Assembly (NCBI GenBank): GCA_036985855.1
Contig: BTQL01000007.1
Span: forward strand, 3,060 to 67,059
Direction: 5' to 3'
Origin: Acidimicrobiia bacterium
GTDB lineage: Bacteria > Actinomycetota > Acidimicrobiia > Spongiisociales > UBA5794
DNA: 64,000 nucleotides
In this document: piece after piece, positions 36,403 to 45,794 of the stretch
How the letters are laid out: every line of letters starts with the position of its first letter
Numbering within the stretch: position 1 is the first letter of the stretch
Translations under genes and position numbers: made by a program
Notes under the pieces: model-generated
Told to the model about the DNA's origin: nothing
The model's input: the letters and a program-made list of their open reading frames with translations, nothing else
Databases searched by the model: none

Positions 36403-37329
36403 TCATTCTACGGAGAGTTCCCTCGCCACCGCGCGCGCTTGCACAATGGATGAAACCACCCTCACATCGACATCTTTGACGGTTCGTTTCGCGAGTCCGG
36501 CCGTGACCTCTCCCGGCCCAATGTGCACGAACGTGCCCACTCCTCCACGAGCTATGTGTTCGAGGGACTCGGAGAAGCGTACGGGGGCCGTCAACTGTTG
36601 GACAAGAGTCATCGACGGCTCGGTGGTTGGCTCAGCCGTGGCGTTTGCGTACACAGCAAACGCTGGTTCGGCGAACGAGACAGGTTCCAGCGCCGCTGCG
36701 AGCATCTCGGCGGCTGGGGCCATGTACGGCGAGTGAAACGCACCTTGCACTTTGAGCCTGATCACTCTCCGTACTCCGAGTTCTCGTGCGTTGTTCTCGA
36801 GCCACATGAGGTCGTCATCCCCACCGGCGACAACGACCTGACCGGGAGCGTTGATATTCGCCAGCGACAGGTGTCCACCCTCATCCGCCCGTTTGCGGGC
36901 GACAGCTTCGACCAGAGAGACGTCTGCTCCGAGCAGCGCCGCCATGCCCGAGGGCGTCAGCCGTGCTGCCGCTGCCATTGCCTCGCCACGTTTTGCAACG
37001 AGCGCGAGACCGTCGAAATAGTCGAGAGCTCCAGCTGCGGCCAGGGCCGTGTATTCCCCGAGACTGTGTCCCGCAGCTGCCTTGGGAGGACTCGCCACGT
37101 TCTTGGCGAACTCCAGCCAGAGAGCGTACGAAACCGCATACAACGACGGCTGGGCGTGTTGGGTTTCGGTAAGTCGCTCGTCCGGGCCATCGCTCACAAG
37201 GGCGTCGAGATCCCAGCCGAGCACTTCGTTGGCAGACTCACCGGATACTTCGGGATATGCGGCGCGCGCGTCGGCGCACATCCCGACAGATTGGCTTCCC
37301 TGACCTGGGAACAGTACGGCGTAGTCCAT
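36403..37329 (-). CDS. fabD: Malonyl CoA-ACP transacylase
   Basis: LFPGQGSQ, GHSLGEY, GAFHSP, PVRF. Alternative start 37380. Confidence 0.97.
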   Translation of the reverse strand: MDYAVLFPGQGSQSVGMCADARAAYPEVSGESANEVLGWDLDALVSDGPDERLTETQHAQPSLYAVSYALWLEFAKNVASPPKAAAGHSLGEYTALAAAGALDYFDGLALVAKRGEAMAAAARLTPSGMAALLGADVSLVEAVARKRADEGGHLSLANINAPGQVVVAGGDDDLMWLENNARELGVRRVIRLKVQGAFHSPYMAPAAEMLAAALEPVSFAEPAFAVYANATAEPTTEPSMTLVQQLTAPVRFSESLEHIARGGVGTFVHIGPGEVTAGLAKRTVKDVDVRVVSSIVQARAVARELSVE

Positions 37330-37397
37330 TGGTGCTCTCGTTGTCTCGATTCGTTTCGTCTCGGGTCCGGATAGTTGCAATCGTAATCTGCGATCAG

Positions 37398-38576
37398 CTA
37401 TCCGTTCCCCGCCTGAAGATACTTGCGAATATTTCGCACGGCCTGCGTGATTCGGTGCTCGTTCTCCACAAGCGCGAACCGAACGTGCTGATCGCCCGAG
37501 GGTCCGAATCCGATTCCGGGGCTCACGGCAACTTCGGCTTTGTCAAGGAGATCGAGTGCAAACGCGAGGCTTCCCATGGCTTGGAATCGATCGGGTATCT
37601 CGGCCCAGACGAACATCGTGGCGCGCGGCGTCTCGATCTCCCAGCCGGCTCGATTGAGTCCTTCCACCAACGTGTCACGCCGTACCTTGTACTCCTCGAC
37701 AACCTCACCGACGTAAGAATCGTGCTCGTTGAGAGCGATGATCGATGCGATCTGAATCGGCTGAAAGGTGCCGTAATCGAGATAGGACTTGAGCTGTTGC
37801 AGCGCTCTGACCATCTCGGCGTTCCCAACGACGAAACCGACCCTCCAACCTGCCATCGAATGAGACTTCGACAATGTGTACAGCTCAACGGCAACTTCCT
37901 TCGCACCATCAACCTGGAGCAGCGAAGGCGGCTTGTAGCCGTCGAAGCTGATATCGGCGTACGCGAAATCATGAACGAGCATGACGTCGTTCCGATGGGC
38001 GAATTCGACAAGCCGCTCGAAGAAGCCGACATCGACGGTCACGGTCGTCGGATTGTGGGGGAACGATGTGACGATCACTCTCGGTTTCGGCCATGACGTT
38101 CGGAACGCAGCAGTCAGCTGCTCGAAGAAATCGGCATTCGTCGACAGATGAACACGACGCACTTCAGCACCCGCGAGCACCGGCGCGTAGATATGGATCG
38201 GATACGAGGGTTCAGGTACGAGCGCGACATCACCCGGTTGCACGAGCGCCCACATGAGGTGGGACAGACCTTCTTTCGCACCGATCGTGTTGATGACCTC
38301 GGTTTCTGGATCCAACACGACCCCATACGCGCGCAAGTACCGGTCGGCGACTGCCTTTCGCAGGTTCGGGATTCCTCTCGAAGCCGAGTACCTGTGGTTC
38401 TTGGCCTGCGTAGCGGCCTCGACGAGCTTGTCAACGACGCCGGGCGGTGAAGGGATATTCGGGTTGCCGAAACCCAGATCGATGACGTCGACGCCTGCAC
38501 GCCTCGCCTCGGTCTTGCGCTGATTGATCTCGGCGAACACGTAGGGCGGAAGATTGTCGATTCTCCTGAACTGCAT
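37398..38576 (-). CDS. alaC: Class I/II PLP aminotransferase (AlaC/YfdZ-like)
   Basis: [55 protein letters not shown]. The exact substrate is uncertain. Confidence 0.8.
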   Translation of the reverse strand: MQFRRIDNLPPYVFAEINQRKTEARRAGVDVIDLGFGNPNIPSPPGVVDKLVEAATQAKNHRYSASRGIPNLRKAVADRYLRAYGVVLDPETEVINTIGAKEGLSHLMWALVQPGDVALVPEPSYPIHIYAPVLAGAEVRRVHLSTNADFFEQLTAAFRTSWPKPRVIVTSFPHNPTTVTVDVGFFERLVEFAHRNDVMLVHDFAYADISFDGYKPPSLLQVDGAKEVAVELYTLSKSHSMAGWRVGFVVGNAEMVRALQQLKSYLDYGTFQPIQIASIIALNEHDSYVGEVVEEYKVRRDTLVEGLNRAGWEIETPRATMFVWAEIPDRFQAMGSLAFALDLLDKAEVAVSPGIGFGPSGDQHVRFALVENEHRITQAVRNIRKYLQAGNG

Positions 38577-38615
38577 ATCGTGACCCTAGACCGGGACCAG
38601 ATCGTCGTAGCGACT

Positions 38616-39038
38616 CTATCCAGGGAGCAATCGCCTGATTCCATCGGGGATGATCGCTGCACCCCATGAGAACGCCGACCGTACGAGATCGAGTGCATCT
38701 TCCGTTCCATCCCAGTGCGAACGAACGATATGTTCATCCACACCGACCATGAGGTGATTCACTGCAAGCGATACGAGTATGAGGTCATCCAAACGCCCAA
38801 AACCGATGATGAAGTCGGGAACCAGGTCGATAGGAAGGACCACATAACCGAGGACCGCACCTATGAAGATTTTGCGGCGGATCGGGACGCGTGGGTCACG
38901 GAGAAGCCGGGTCAACAACTTCACGATGTTCGGAAGCAGTACCACGGCTTCCATGGCCAACTGTCCGCGCGAGCGCGCCTCAACCGGCATGGAGTCGTCT
39001 ATCGCGACCAGTTCGACGGTCTCCTGTATGTCCTTCAT
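38616..39038 (-). CDS. YkvA/DUF1232 family protein
   Basis: YVVLPIDLVPDFIIGFGRLDD motif. Confidence 0.9.
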   Translation of the reverse strand: MKDIQETVELVAIDDSMPVEARSRGQLAMEAVVLLPNIVKLLTRLLRDPRVPIRRKIFIGAVLGYVVLPIDLVPDFIIGFGRLDDLILVSLAVNHLMVGVDEHIVRSHWDGTEDALDLVRSAFSWGAAIIPDGIRRLLPG

Positions 39039-39955
39039 CCACCCTCTTCCGCTGCAAGCAGGGCGGCTCCAACGGCCCCAGCAGCTGGTCCCAGGGTTGC
39101 CACCTGGACCGCGGGAGGTACTCGCAACTTTCCTCCGTGCAGCGAATCACTCAGAACCCTTCTCGCCGGCCCGACAATCGACTCCCCGATCGAACCGAGC
39201 CCACCCCCAACTACGATGAGTTCCGGATCGAATATGGCCACAAGTCCGGCAAGGCCTTGACCGAACGACCTGCCAACCTCGGTGACAAGCGCACGCGCTG
39301 TCTCGTCTCCTGCATCGGCTGCTGCGACCACAGACTCACCGGTGATCGAGTTCGATCCGAGAATCCTCGCAAGCGAACTATCGGGATTCGTCGTAACGAC
39401 CTGATGCGCCAGACGAACCATCGCAGGGCCGGATGCTCTCGTCTCCCAACATCCACGCTTTCCACAGTCGCACAGAAGACCGTCCCTATCGACCTGGACG
39501 TGCCCCCACTCACCTGCAAAGCCTCCCCCGCGGTACAGGACACCGTCGATGATCACCGCTCCACCGATACCGGTGCCGAGGGTTACGAAGAGAACGTTCC
39601 TGTATCCCTTGGCGGCTCCCACGCGGAGCTCTGCGAACGACGCCGTGTTTGCGTCGTTGTCCACGTATACCGGGACACCGAAACGATCTGAAATCGCCGT
39701 ACGCACATCGAGATTGGTTCCGGGCACATGTGGCCCCCAGACAAGGGTGCCGTCCTTGTGATTCACGAGACCAGCCACACCAACACCGATCGCATCGACG
39801 GCTTCGCCGTATACGGAGTCGATCGAGGCCATGATCGCATCGATGGTCCCCGTCGATCTGTCGACTTCGAACTGCGACTCCGCGACCGTCTCGGAGGCGT
39901 CCATCCTCACGGCGAGCGCCTTGGTACCGCCGATGTCGATGCCGATTGAAATCAT
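39035..39955 (-). CDS. glkA: ROK family (gluco)kinase
   Basis: GIDIGGTK, DNDAN, TLGTGIGG, GEWGH, CDCGKRGCWE Zn motif. Confidence 0.85.
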   Translation of the reverse strand: MISIGIDIGGTKALAVRMDASETVAESQFEVDRSTGTIDAIMASIDSVYGEAVDAIGVGVAGLVNHKDGTLVWGPHVPGTNLDVRTAISDRFGVPVYVDNDANTASFAELRVGAAKGYRNVLFVTLGTGIGGAVIIDGVLYRGGGFAGEWGHVQVDRDGLLCDCGKRGCWETRASGPAMVRLAHQVVTTNPDSSLARILGSNSITGESVVAAADAGDETARALVTEVGRSFGQGLAGLVAIFDPELIVVGGGLGSIGESIVGPARRVLSDSLHGGKLRVPPAVQVATLGPAAGAVGAALLAAEEGG

Positions 39956-40143
39956 TCGATGTCGATTTTCTGCGGACCGTTTGATTCCGGTTCATCGGTT
40001 CCATCGCTTTGACGAACCGTTCTCGTGACCCCGGTCACCAGTTCTCCCACCCCTGAGGCGACCTCAAACGCAGCTTTGGAAAAATGGATGAAAGCTCTCT
40101 TGATGCCGCTCACCAACGGATCCGTCGGCCGGTCTTGTGTCAC
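39952..40143 (-). CDS. Small hypothetical protein
   Basis: 63 aa; 4-nt overlaps on both sides; ends GPQKIDIE. Confidence 0.7.
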   Translation of the reverse strand: MTQDRPTDPLVSGIKRAFIHFSKAAFEVASGVGELVTGVTRTVRQSDGTDEPESNGPQKIDIE

Positions 40144-41318
40144 GACCCCTCCAATGTGAACACGATCCGCAATTCCCCTTCGCGGATCTTGGCGCCGCGG
40201 ATCGTACGACGCCGCAGCGAGTCGGGCAGCATCAGTGACCGCCGATGAGGACCGATCGTCACGAATACTTCATCGCCGTGACGCATCAGATCGACGTCGC
40301 CACGTTCGGTGAAAGGTACGCTCATCACGAGTTCAACGTCGTCGGTTTCCGTCGAGTGTTCGATGCGAAGGGCTTGGCCTTCAGACAGCTTGCGGGTTGG
40401 ATCGGTGTCACCGTAGAGCTCATCTGCAACCACTCGTAACAGTTCAGGACCGACCATCTCCTCTTCGAACAGCCTAAGCATCCGAATATCGGTATCCGCA
40501 AACCCCTCTTCGACATCTTCGATGTGTCTCGCCTGGATTTCCTGCCAGCGGGCGAAATACGGATCAGAAACGGCGTCCGGCAGAACTCGGTTCACGATCG
40601 CCGAATCGACTGCGTATCCGAACAGCCCGAGATATGTGTATGTCCTTTTCGCCTCGGCGATCACCATCTTTTCCGGGTTCATGACAAGGCGCGCCGTCGT
40701 CACGTCACCGTCAGACAAGATCTCTCTGATGCCATCGAGCCGGTCGTAGAACCGCGCCACCGTTTCGAACACTTCGTCGTTTGCGATCGGCATCGTCGAG
40801 ACCTTTGCCATCACGGGACGCACCACTTTCGCCACCCTGCGACCGATCGGAAACATCTTGTCCATATACCACGACATCACCTCGGGCAGACTCAGAAGGC
40901 GCAACGTCTCGGCCGTGGGCGCGCAGTCGACGACGATCAGGTCGTAGTGATCTGAACGTGCGTGGTCTCGCACCGTCGCGAGCGAGAAAAGCTCATCCAT
41001 GCCGGGAAACACGGTGAGTTCCTCAGCCTCGATGCCTTCGAGTCCTGACCAGTCGAACAGCTCGGTGAGGTGATCCCTCACCGCGCCCCATGATTCCTCG
41101 AGGCGTTGCTGACTGTCGATCTGTTGCGCCTCGAGATTCGGAACCACACCTGTTGGCATGTCGCCGAGCGGCATATCGAACGCGTCGGCGAGCGAGTGCG
41201 CCGGATCCGTCGACATGACGAGTGTCGAGTATCCGAGTTCGGCTGCCTTTATGGCAGTCGCGGCGGACACGGTCGTCTTTCCGACGCCACCTTTCCCGGT
41301 CACGAGGATGATGCGCAT
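40140..41318 (-). CDS. ArsA/Get3-family ATPase with a C-terminal HSP20-like domain
   Basis: GKGGVGKTT, STDPAHSLAD, PGMDE, DCAPT; beta-rich tail (VPF...VDL.RHGDEVFVTIG..RR.LMLP). Confidence 0.92.
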   Translation of the reverse strand: MRIILVTGKGGVGKTTVSAATAIKAAELGYSTLVMSTDPAHSLADAFDMPLGDMPTGVVPNLEAQQIDSQQRLEESWGAVRDHLTELFDWSGLEGIEAEELTVFPGMDELFSLATVRDHARSDHYDLIVVDCAPTAETLRLLSLPEVMSWYMDKMFPIGRRVAKVVRPVMAKVSTMPIANDEVFETVARFYDRLDGIREILSDGDVTTARLVMNPEKMVIAEAKRTYTYLGLFGYAVDSAIVNRVLPDAVSDPYFARWQEIQARHIEDVEEGFADTDIRMLRLFEEEMVGPELLRVVADELYGDTDPTRKLSEGQALRIEHSTETDDVELVMSVPFTERGDVDLMRHGDEVFVTIGPHRRSLMLPDSLRRRTIRGAKIREGELRIVFTLEGS

Positions 41319-41761
41319 CAGGCGCTCTCTTCAGCCCGTTTCTTCAATCCGCGGAGTGCGGTTCCTACGATCTGTTTCTCTGCCTGGCGACGCAGGAACC
41401 CTGGCACAGTGAAAGCTGGATCGACTTTGAGTGCGTACACCACTTCGCAGCCACCTTCGATTTCGTTGAACTCGTACTGCCCATCAAGCGACTTGAGATC
41501 TGCGTTTGGAATCGCCGACCATGCGAACCCGTTGTCATAGCCGTAGTCGTACTCGAGTGTGTATGAGATCTCCTTGACCATCGCGTCGATCACGAAGTCT
41601 GCGGTGGCCGGTCTGCCGAACTCGTCCTCGCTCGTCACCTGAACAGCCTTGACTCCACCGGCCCATTCGACATACGCCTCAAGATCAAGCGCCACCTCGT
41701 ATACATGTTGCGGGGTGGAAGACACCTCGACCCTTTGTACGGTCCCCTCGACCATAGGCAC
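41318..41761 (-). CDS. SRPBCC/START (polyketide cyclase, Coq10-like) protein
   Basis: VALDLEAYVEW, LDGQYEF, V.Y.L.VD, L..LKKRAE; 1-nt overlap with the ATPase gene. Confidence 0.88.
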   Translation of the reverse strand: MPMVEGTVQRVEVSSTPQHVYEVALDLEAYVEWAGGVKAVQVTSEDEFGRPATADFVIDAMVKEISYTLEYDYGYDNGFAWSAIPNADLKSLDGQYEFNEIEGGCEVVYALKVDPAFTVPGFLRRQAEKQIVGTALRGLKKRAEESA

Positions 41762-41797
41762 TCCTTTTTCTCCGTGCGACGATCGTGAGGGTAGCTT

Positions 41798-42517
41798 CTA
41801 TACGGTCGTGGTGATTCTCGTCAGCATGAGCTCGTACCGGTACGGTGCTTCACGATCAGGGTTCGCGGCGGTGAACCGGTCGAGCCCTGCGGAGATCTCT
41901 GCATCATCGAGCAGCTGAAGTGTGCTGACGAATCGTGCGTTCACCGCGTCCATCCAATCCCCCGCGGTTCGACTGACGGTTTCGCGCGTGTGAGCGATCT
42001 CAACCCTCGCTGCTCCACCCGCACAGTGGTCCGCAATGACCGATGGATCGGGAAAACGCTTTCGGTCGATTTCGACGACCTTGGGGAACCACCGGCCAAG
42101 CGAGGACTGTTCGATCGCCTCAGGACCCATGGTCCAGATGTCGATACGTCCATCCGGCTCAGTAACGCGTAGCGCCTCGGCGACCGAACGTCTCCAGTCG
42201 CCGTAATGGATCGACAAGTGGAAGTACACGAGAGCCACCGTACCGTCCCGGAACGGGAGAGCTTGCGCGGTCCCACACACAACATCGATCCCGCGATGCT
42301 GCGATGCTCTCACGAGCATCGCACTCGCCGGATCCACGACCACGGGACGGCGGCCAGGGCAGGCCCATGTCGATGCGTGATCTCCTGTACCACCTCCGAC
42401 ATCGATCATCCAACCACGGATGCCTGCCGAGGAGAGTTCTGCCCGGTCCCTCGCAGCGCCGGACATGGGCCTGAGGCGGTAGGCGTCGGCGAGCCGTTCC
42501 AGATCGATGTCAACCAT
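41798..42517 (-). CDS. Class I SAM-dependent methyltransferase
   Basis: IDVGGGTG, VDPAS.ML, GTAQALPF.DG. Confidence 0.88.
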   Translation of the reverse strand: MVDIDLERLADAYRLRPMSGAARDRAELSSAGIRGWMIDVGGGTGDHASTWACPGRRPVVVDPASAMLVRASQHRGIDVVCGTAQALPFRDGTVALVYFHLSIHYGDWRRSVAEALRVTEPDGRIDIWTMGPEAIEQSSLGRWFPKVVEIDRKRFPDPSVIADHCAGGAARVEIAHTRETVSRTAGDWMDAVNARFVSTLQLLDDAEISAGLDRFTAANPDREAPYRYELMLTRITTTV

Positions 42518-43262
42518 GGCGAACCGCTCGCCCCGTCGCCCGGAAGTATCCGACGTTCATGCATGTCGTCTTCCCGACCTGCCAGGTGATTGCCTTCGGC
42601 TGGTGGATGTCTCCGAAATAGTGGAATGCCGGCTCATGCTCGATGAGGTAGTCGAGGATCTCCGGCGATCCTTTCCTGGTTCGACCGATGACATCCGAAG
42701 CGAGCGCAGGCACGTCGGGTGGCACATGGGTACATAGGATCTCCACTGGTCCAAGCAAGTCGAGCTTCGATCTCATCTCGTCCGGTTCGACCTCCCCGGC
42801 GGTTCCGATACGAGGGATCCCCCCACCGACGAAACCCACGAGATGGCCCTCGATCTCGCGGGTCTCTGCGTCGACATACTGTGCACTCGAGGGCAGATGG
42901 TCCTTCAGCATGGCTGGTCGGTCGACATTGCCGTACATCACGAAAGCCTCTGAACCCTCCAAGGCAGAACACACGGAACGGTATTGCATCGCCATCAGTT
43001 CGCCGATCGCCGTATCCACCTCTTCCTTCCTTCCAGCCGTCGCTGTCTGCCACAGCTCATTGGCTTCAGCACGTCTTCTGCGCGCCCGAAGTGCCGAGAT
43101 CTCAACAATGAGCTGCTTGCCGACGACGTCCGAGACGATTCCCTCGCCGGTTCGATAGTCGATGAGGTTGACAAGATCCCCGAGTACGAGCAGGGGTTCA
43201 TCGACGCGGGCGACCCGCGCAAGGGCATCAGCTGCTCCATGGACGTCCGCGACGAGTAACAC
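42510..43262 (-). CDS. Calcineurin-like metallophosphoesterase
   Basis: ADVHG, LGDL, GNVD, THVPP, FGDIH. Confidence 0.88.
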   Translation of the reverse strand: MLLVADVHGAADALARVARVDEPLLVLGDLVNLIDYRTGEGIVSDVVGKQLIVEISALRARRRRAEANELWQTATAGRKEEVDTAIGELMAMQYRSVCSALEGSEAFVMYGNVDRPAMLKDHLPSSAQYVDAETREIEGHLVGFVGGGIPRIGTAGEVEPDEMRSKLDLLGPVEILCTHVPPDVPALASDVIGRTRKGSPEILDYLIEHEPAFHYFGDIHQPKAITWQVGKTTCMNVGYFRATGRAVRHG

Positions 43263-43265
43263 TAC

Positions 43266-43556
43266 TCAGTCGCCCGTTTCCGGACCCAGCCAGATCGACA
43301 CGAGGATGAGACCGACCGTGCCGGCAAAACCTGCCCCGACCGCAAGAAGGGATGGCCACCCCGCATACAGAGCCGAGATACCGGCCATCCCGAAACCGAT
43401 GATGCCTGCGAGCGCGAATCGGCCCGTCCGGCCGAAGCGCCTCTCGGGGTCAACGCTCTCCCAGCCATCAACCGTCGCCGCCACGGCGGTAGCGGCGATC
43501 CAAACAGCCATGAGCAAGAACCCGAGGAGCAAAGGAATGCCAAAGAGGGCCGTCAC
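43266..43556 (-). CDS. Small 3-TM membrane protein
   Basis: 96 aa, hydrophobic; overlaps the queG stop. Confidence 0.75.
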   Translation of the reverse strand: MTALFGIPLLLGFLLMAVWIAATAVAATVDGWESVDPERRFGRTGRFALAGIIGFGMAGISALYAGWPSLLAVGAGFAGTVGLILVSIWLGPETGD

Positions 43557-44695
43557 TCAGTTTTCTCCTCTGTATCGGCCGACCTGGGCGCCGGTATGCC
43601 GTCAGCGTAGACACCACCAAGCCGACACGCAGCGACCGCCGATTCAAGTTCGGCGCGCACGACTTGCCCCGGCTCACGATCGAGAGCTGCTTCACAGATC
43701 GCGGAGGCGAGCTGTCCACCGATCCGCCCAACCGCCCAAGCAGCATGTCCGGCAAGCAACCGGTCCGGATGCCCGACATATCCCGCTAGGAGTCCGAGCG
43801 ATGACTCGTCTCCCGTATTGCCGAGCGCAACAAGGGCGTTGCGTCGCACGAAGCGCATGCGCCGAGATGGGATGTACCAGTGCTCGACGATCCGAGCAAG
43901 TTCCCGGTCGCTGAGGCAGAGCATGTCTTCAGGTGTGAGCATGTCGCGGGTTGCCCCGACCGAACGCAAGGCGGGATGGCCGGGAGGACACGCGGTGAGG
44001 CATGCATCACAACCGTAGATCCTTCCCCCAATGGCGGTACGGATGGCTGGATCGATCACGCCTCTCCTCTGGAGCACAGCCGCGATGCACCTTCTCGCGT
44101 CGAGAACGCCCGGCGCAACGATCGCATCCGTCGGGCACGCGGGGATGCAGGCGTCACAGGTTCCACACGTTCTACGCATCGGCTCCGTATCGGACAACTC
44201 AGCATCCGTGACGACCGAGCCGATGAGTATCCAAGGACCCGACCCCACAGTGAGCGCCATCGTCGACTTCCCCCGCCACGTCACACCGGCGCGCACAGCA
44301 ACGGCCCTATCGATCAGCCGATCGTCGTCGAACACGATCTCGGTTCTGTGACCTTCGCCGTTCAATGTCGAGGCGATGCTCGCGAGGACCCCGCGCAGAC
44401 CTTCATATCGGTCTCCGTCCGCGAACCTGGCCACCGTCCGGGTTTCTCTGGCTCCGTCGCCGTCCGCGAGATAGGGAACGGCCGCGACGACAATGGAAGA
44501 TGCCCACGGAAACGATTCCTTCGGGCTTGCGGCGATCTCGGGATGAGCATAGGTGAACGCGAGTCCGCCGTGGAGACCGTTCGTCACCCGAGCCTCTATT
44601 CGCTCAGCCTCGTCGGGGAAGGGTGCGAGGCCGGTTACGCCGATCGTTGCCGACGCTCGATCGGCGATGACAGTGAGCGACGCGTACAGGTCCAT
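43553..44695 (-). CDS. queG: Epoxyqueuosine reductase
   Basis: ARFADG.RY, G..WRGK, CGTCDACIPACPT and GCDACLTACP Fe-S motifs, RRNA.VALGN HEAT tail. Confidence 0.9.
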   Translation of the reverse strand: MDLYASLTVIADRASATIGVTGLAPFPDEAERIEARVTNGLHGGLAFTYAHPEIAASPKESFPWASSIVVAAVPYLADGDGARETRTVARFADGDRYEGLRGVLASIASTLNGEGHRTEIVFDDDRLIDRAVAVRAGVTWRGKSTMALTVGSGPWILIGSVVTDAELSDTEPMRRTCGTCDACIPACPTDAIVAPGVLDARRCIAAVLQRRGVIDPAIRTAIGGRIYGCDACLTACPPGHPALRSVGATRDMLTPEDMLCLSDRELARIVEHWYIPSRRMRFVRRNALVALGNTGDESSLGLLAGYVGHPDRLLAGHAAWAVGRIGGQLASAICEAALDREPGQVVRAELESAVAACRLGGVYADGIPAPRSADTEEKTE

Positions 44696-44730
44696 GCCGC
44701 AACGTTAGGCGGCCCGGAATGGTGCATCGG

Positions 44731-44934
44731 TCAGGTTCCGCCGGCGACCGAGTTCCCGTTGTCGGACACGAGCCTGATCGGCGGTACGAGCCCGACCTTG
44801 CTCATCGAGTCGATGGCAGCCCGCTCGACTTCTGCGAGCTCGAGGATCCCCGCGTCTCGCACAAGCGCCGAGACCACACAATCGTCACACACCTTTGTCT
44901 CGCGCATGTCACACGTTCCACAATCGATGATCAT
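44731..44934 (-). CDS. Small CxxC-x7-CxxC protein
   Basis: MIIDCGTCDMRETKVCDDCVVSAL; strong RBS (AAGGAGG) upstream of ATG 44934. Confidence 0.8.
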   Translation of the reverse strand: MIIDCGTCDMRETKVCDDCVVSALVRDAGILELAEVERAAIDSMSKVGLVPPIRLVSDNGNSVAGGT

Positions 44935-45038
44935 CAGAACCTCCTTGGAAAGGAGAGTACGAAACGGGTGTGACAGGAAACAGTGGTCGGCCGTCAATTA
45001 TCAGCACAGACCACCGACCGCCGGCATCTGGTCTCTGT

Positions 45039-45749
45039 CTAGAGCCCCAACTCGGCCTTGAGGTTCGCGAGGGTCTCATCGGCCTGGGCCTCGTTCATCG
45101 CCTCGCGTAACTCTGCCTCTGCACCTTCAGGTGTCGCCTCGAAAATCTCTGCTTTTGCCATGGCCTGGGCCTTGCGTGTCTCGATCTTGTCCTCCACGGA
45201 TGCAAGGGAGGGCATGTCATCGTCGAGCGTTGCAGACATCGACTGGACGGCGGCGTTCACAGACTCTTGCATCTTGGCCTGCTCGAGAGCGCCAAGGAGT
45301 TCCATCTTCTTCGATGACAGCTCCTCGAGCCTCGCAGCGTTGGCCTGCACGGCACGTTTCGCGTCGTCGGCTTGAGCGATGGCTGTTTCGTACTGACTCT
45401 TGAATGATGCCAGGTTGTTCTCTGCGGCCAGCAGCTTTGTGGCCTGGCTCTGCGCAACACCGGTCCACTTGGCGACCGCTGCTTGATCTCCGGCTGCTTT
45501 TGCTTCCTCTGCCTTGAGGATCGCCTGTTTCGCCATCTCTCGCGCCTCACCGACATCGTCCGCCGCGTCCTCGATCTTGCTCCCGAGCTTGGTTCGGTGG
45601 GCCACGATGTTCGCTGCCTGGTTTCGAAGCTCCTGGTTCTTCTTGTTGGCCGCATCGACAGCCATCTGGATCTCGATCTCAGGATCCATCATCTCTTCTG
45701 ACGTTTTCTTGAACCACGACTTGATGTACTCAGACCATTTCTTCAACAT
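45039..45749 (-). CDS. pspA: PspA/IM30 (bacterial ESCRT-III) family protein
   Basis: N-terminal amphipathic helix, DPEIEIQMA, long coiled coils, LLGALEQAKMQE, DKIE.R.A.A.A.AE. Confidence 0.93.
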   Translation of the reverse strand: MLKKWSEYIKSWFKKTSEEMMDPEIEIQMAVDAANKKNQELRNQAANIVAHRTKLGSKIEDAADDVGEAREMAKQAILKAEEAKAAGDQAAVAKWTGVAQSQATKLLAAENNLASFKSQYETAIAQADDAKRAVQANAARLEELSSKKMELLGALEQAKMQESVNAAVQSMSATLDDDMPSLASVEDKIETRKAQAMAKAEIFEATPEGAEAELREAMNEAQADETLANLKAELGL

Positions 45750-45794
45750 TGGTCTCCCTCTCTGCTCGTCGTTGTGTGAAGTCTAGGAAAGTCT

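Noticed and set aside
40140-41318. Arsenite-resistance ArsA
   Set aside because: Single ATPase domain, no arsB/arsD/arsR nearby, no metalloid-binding Cys cluster, and an HSP20-like tail; better read as Get3-like.
43880-45061. 393-aa plus-strand ORF
   Set aside because: Antisense to queG and the Cys mini-protein; no domain signal.
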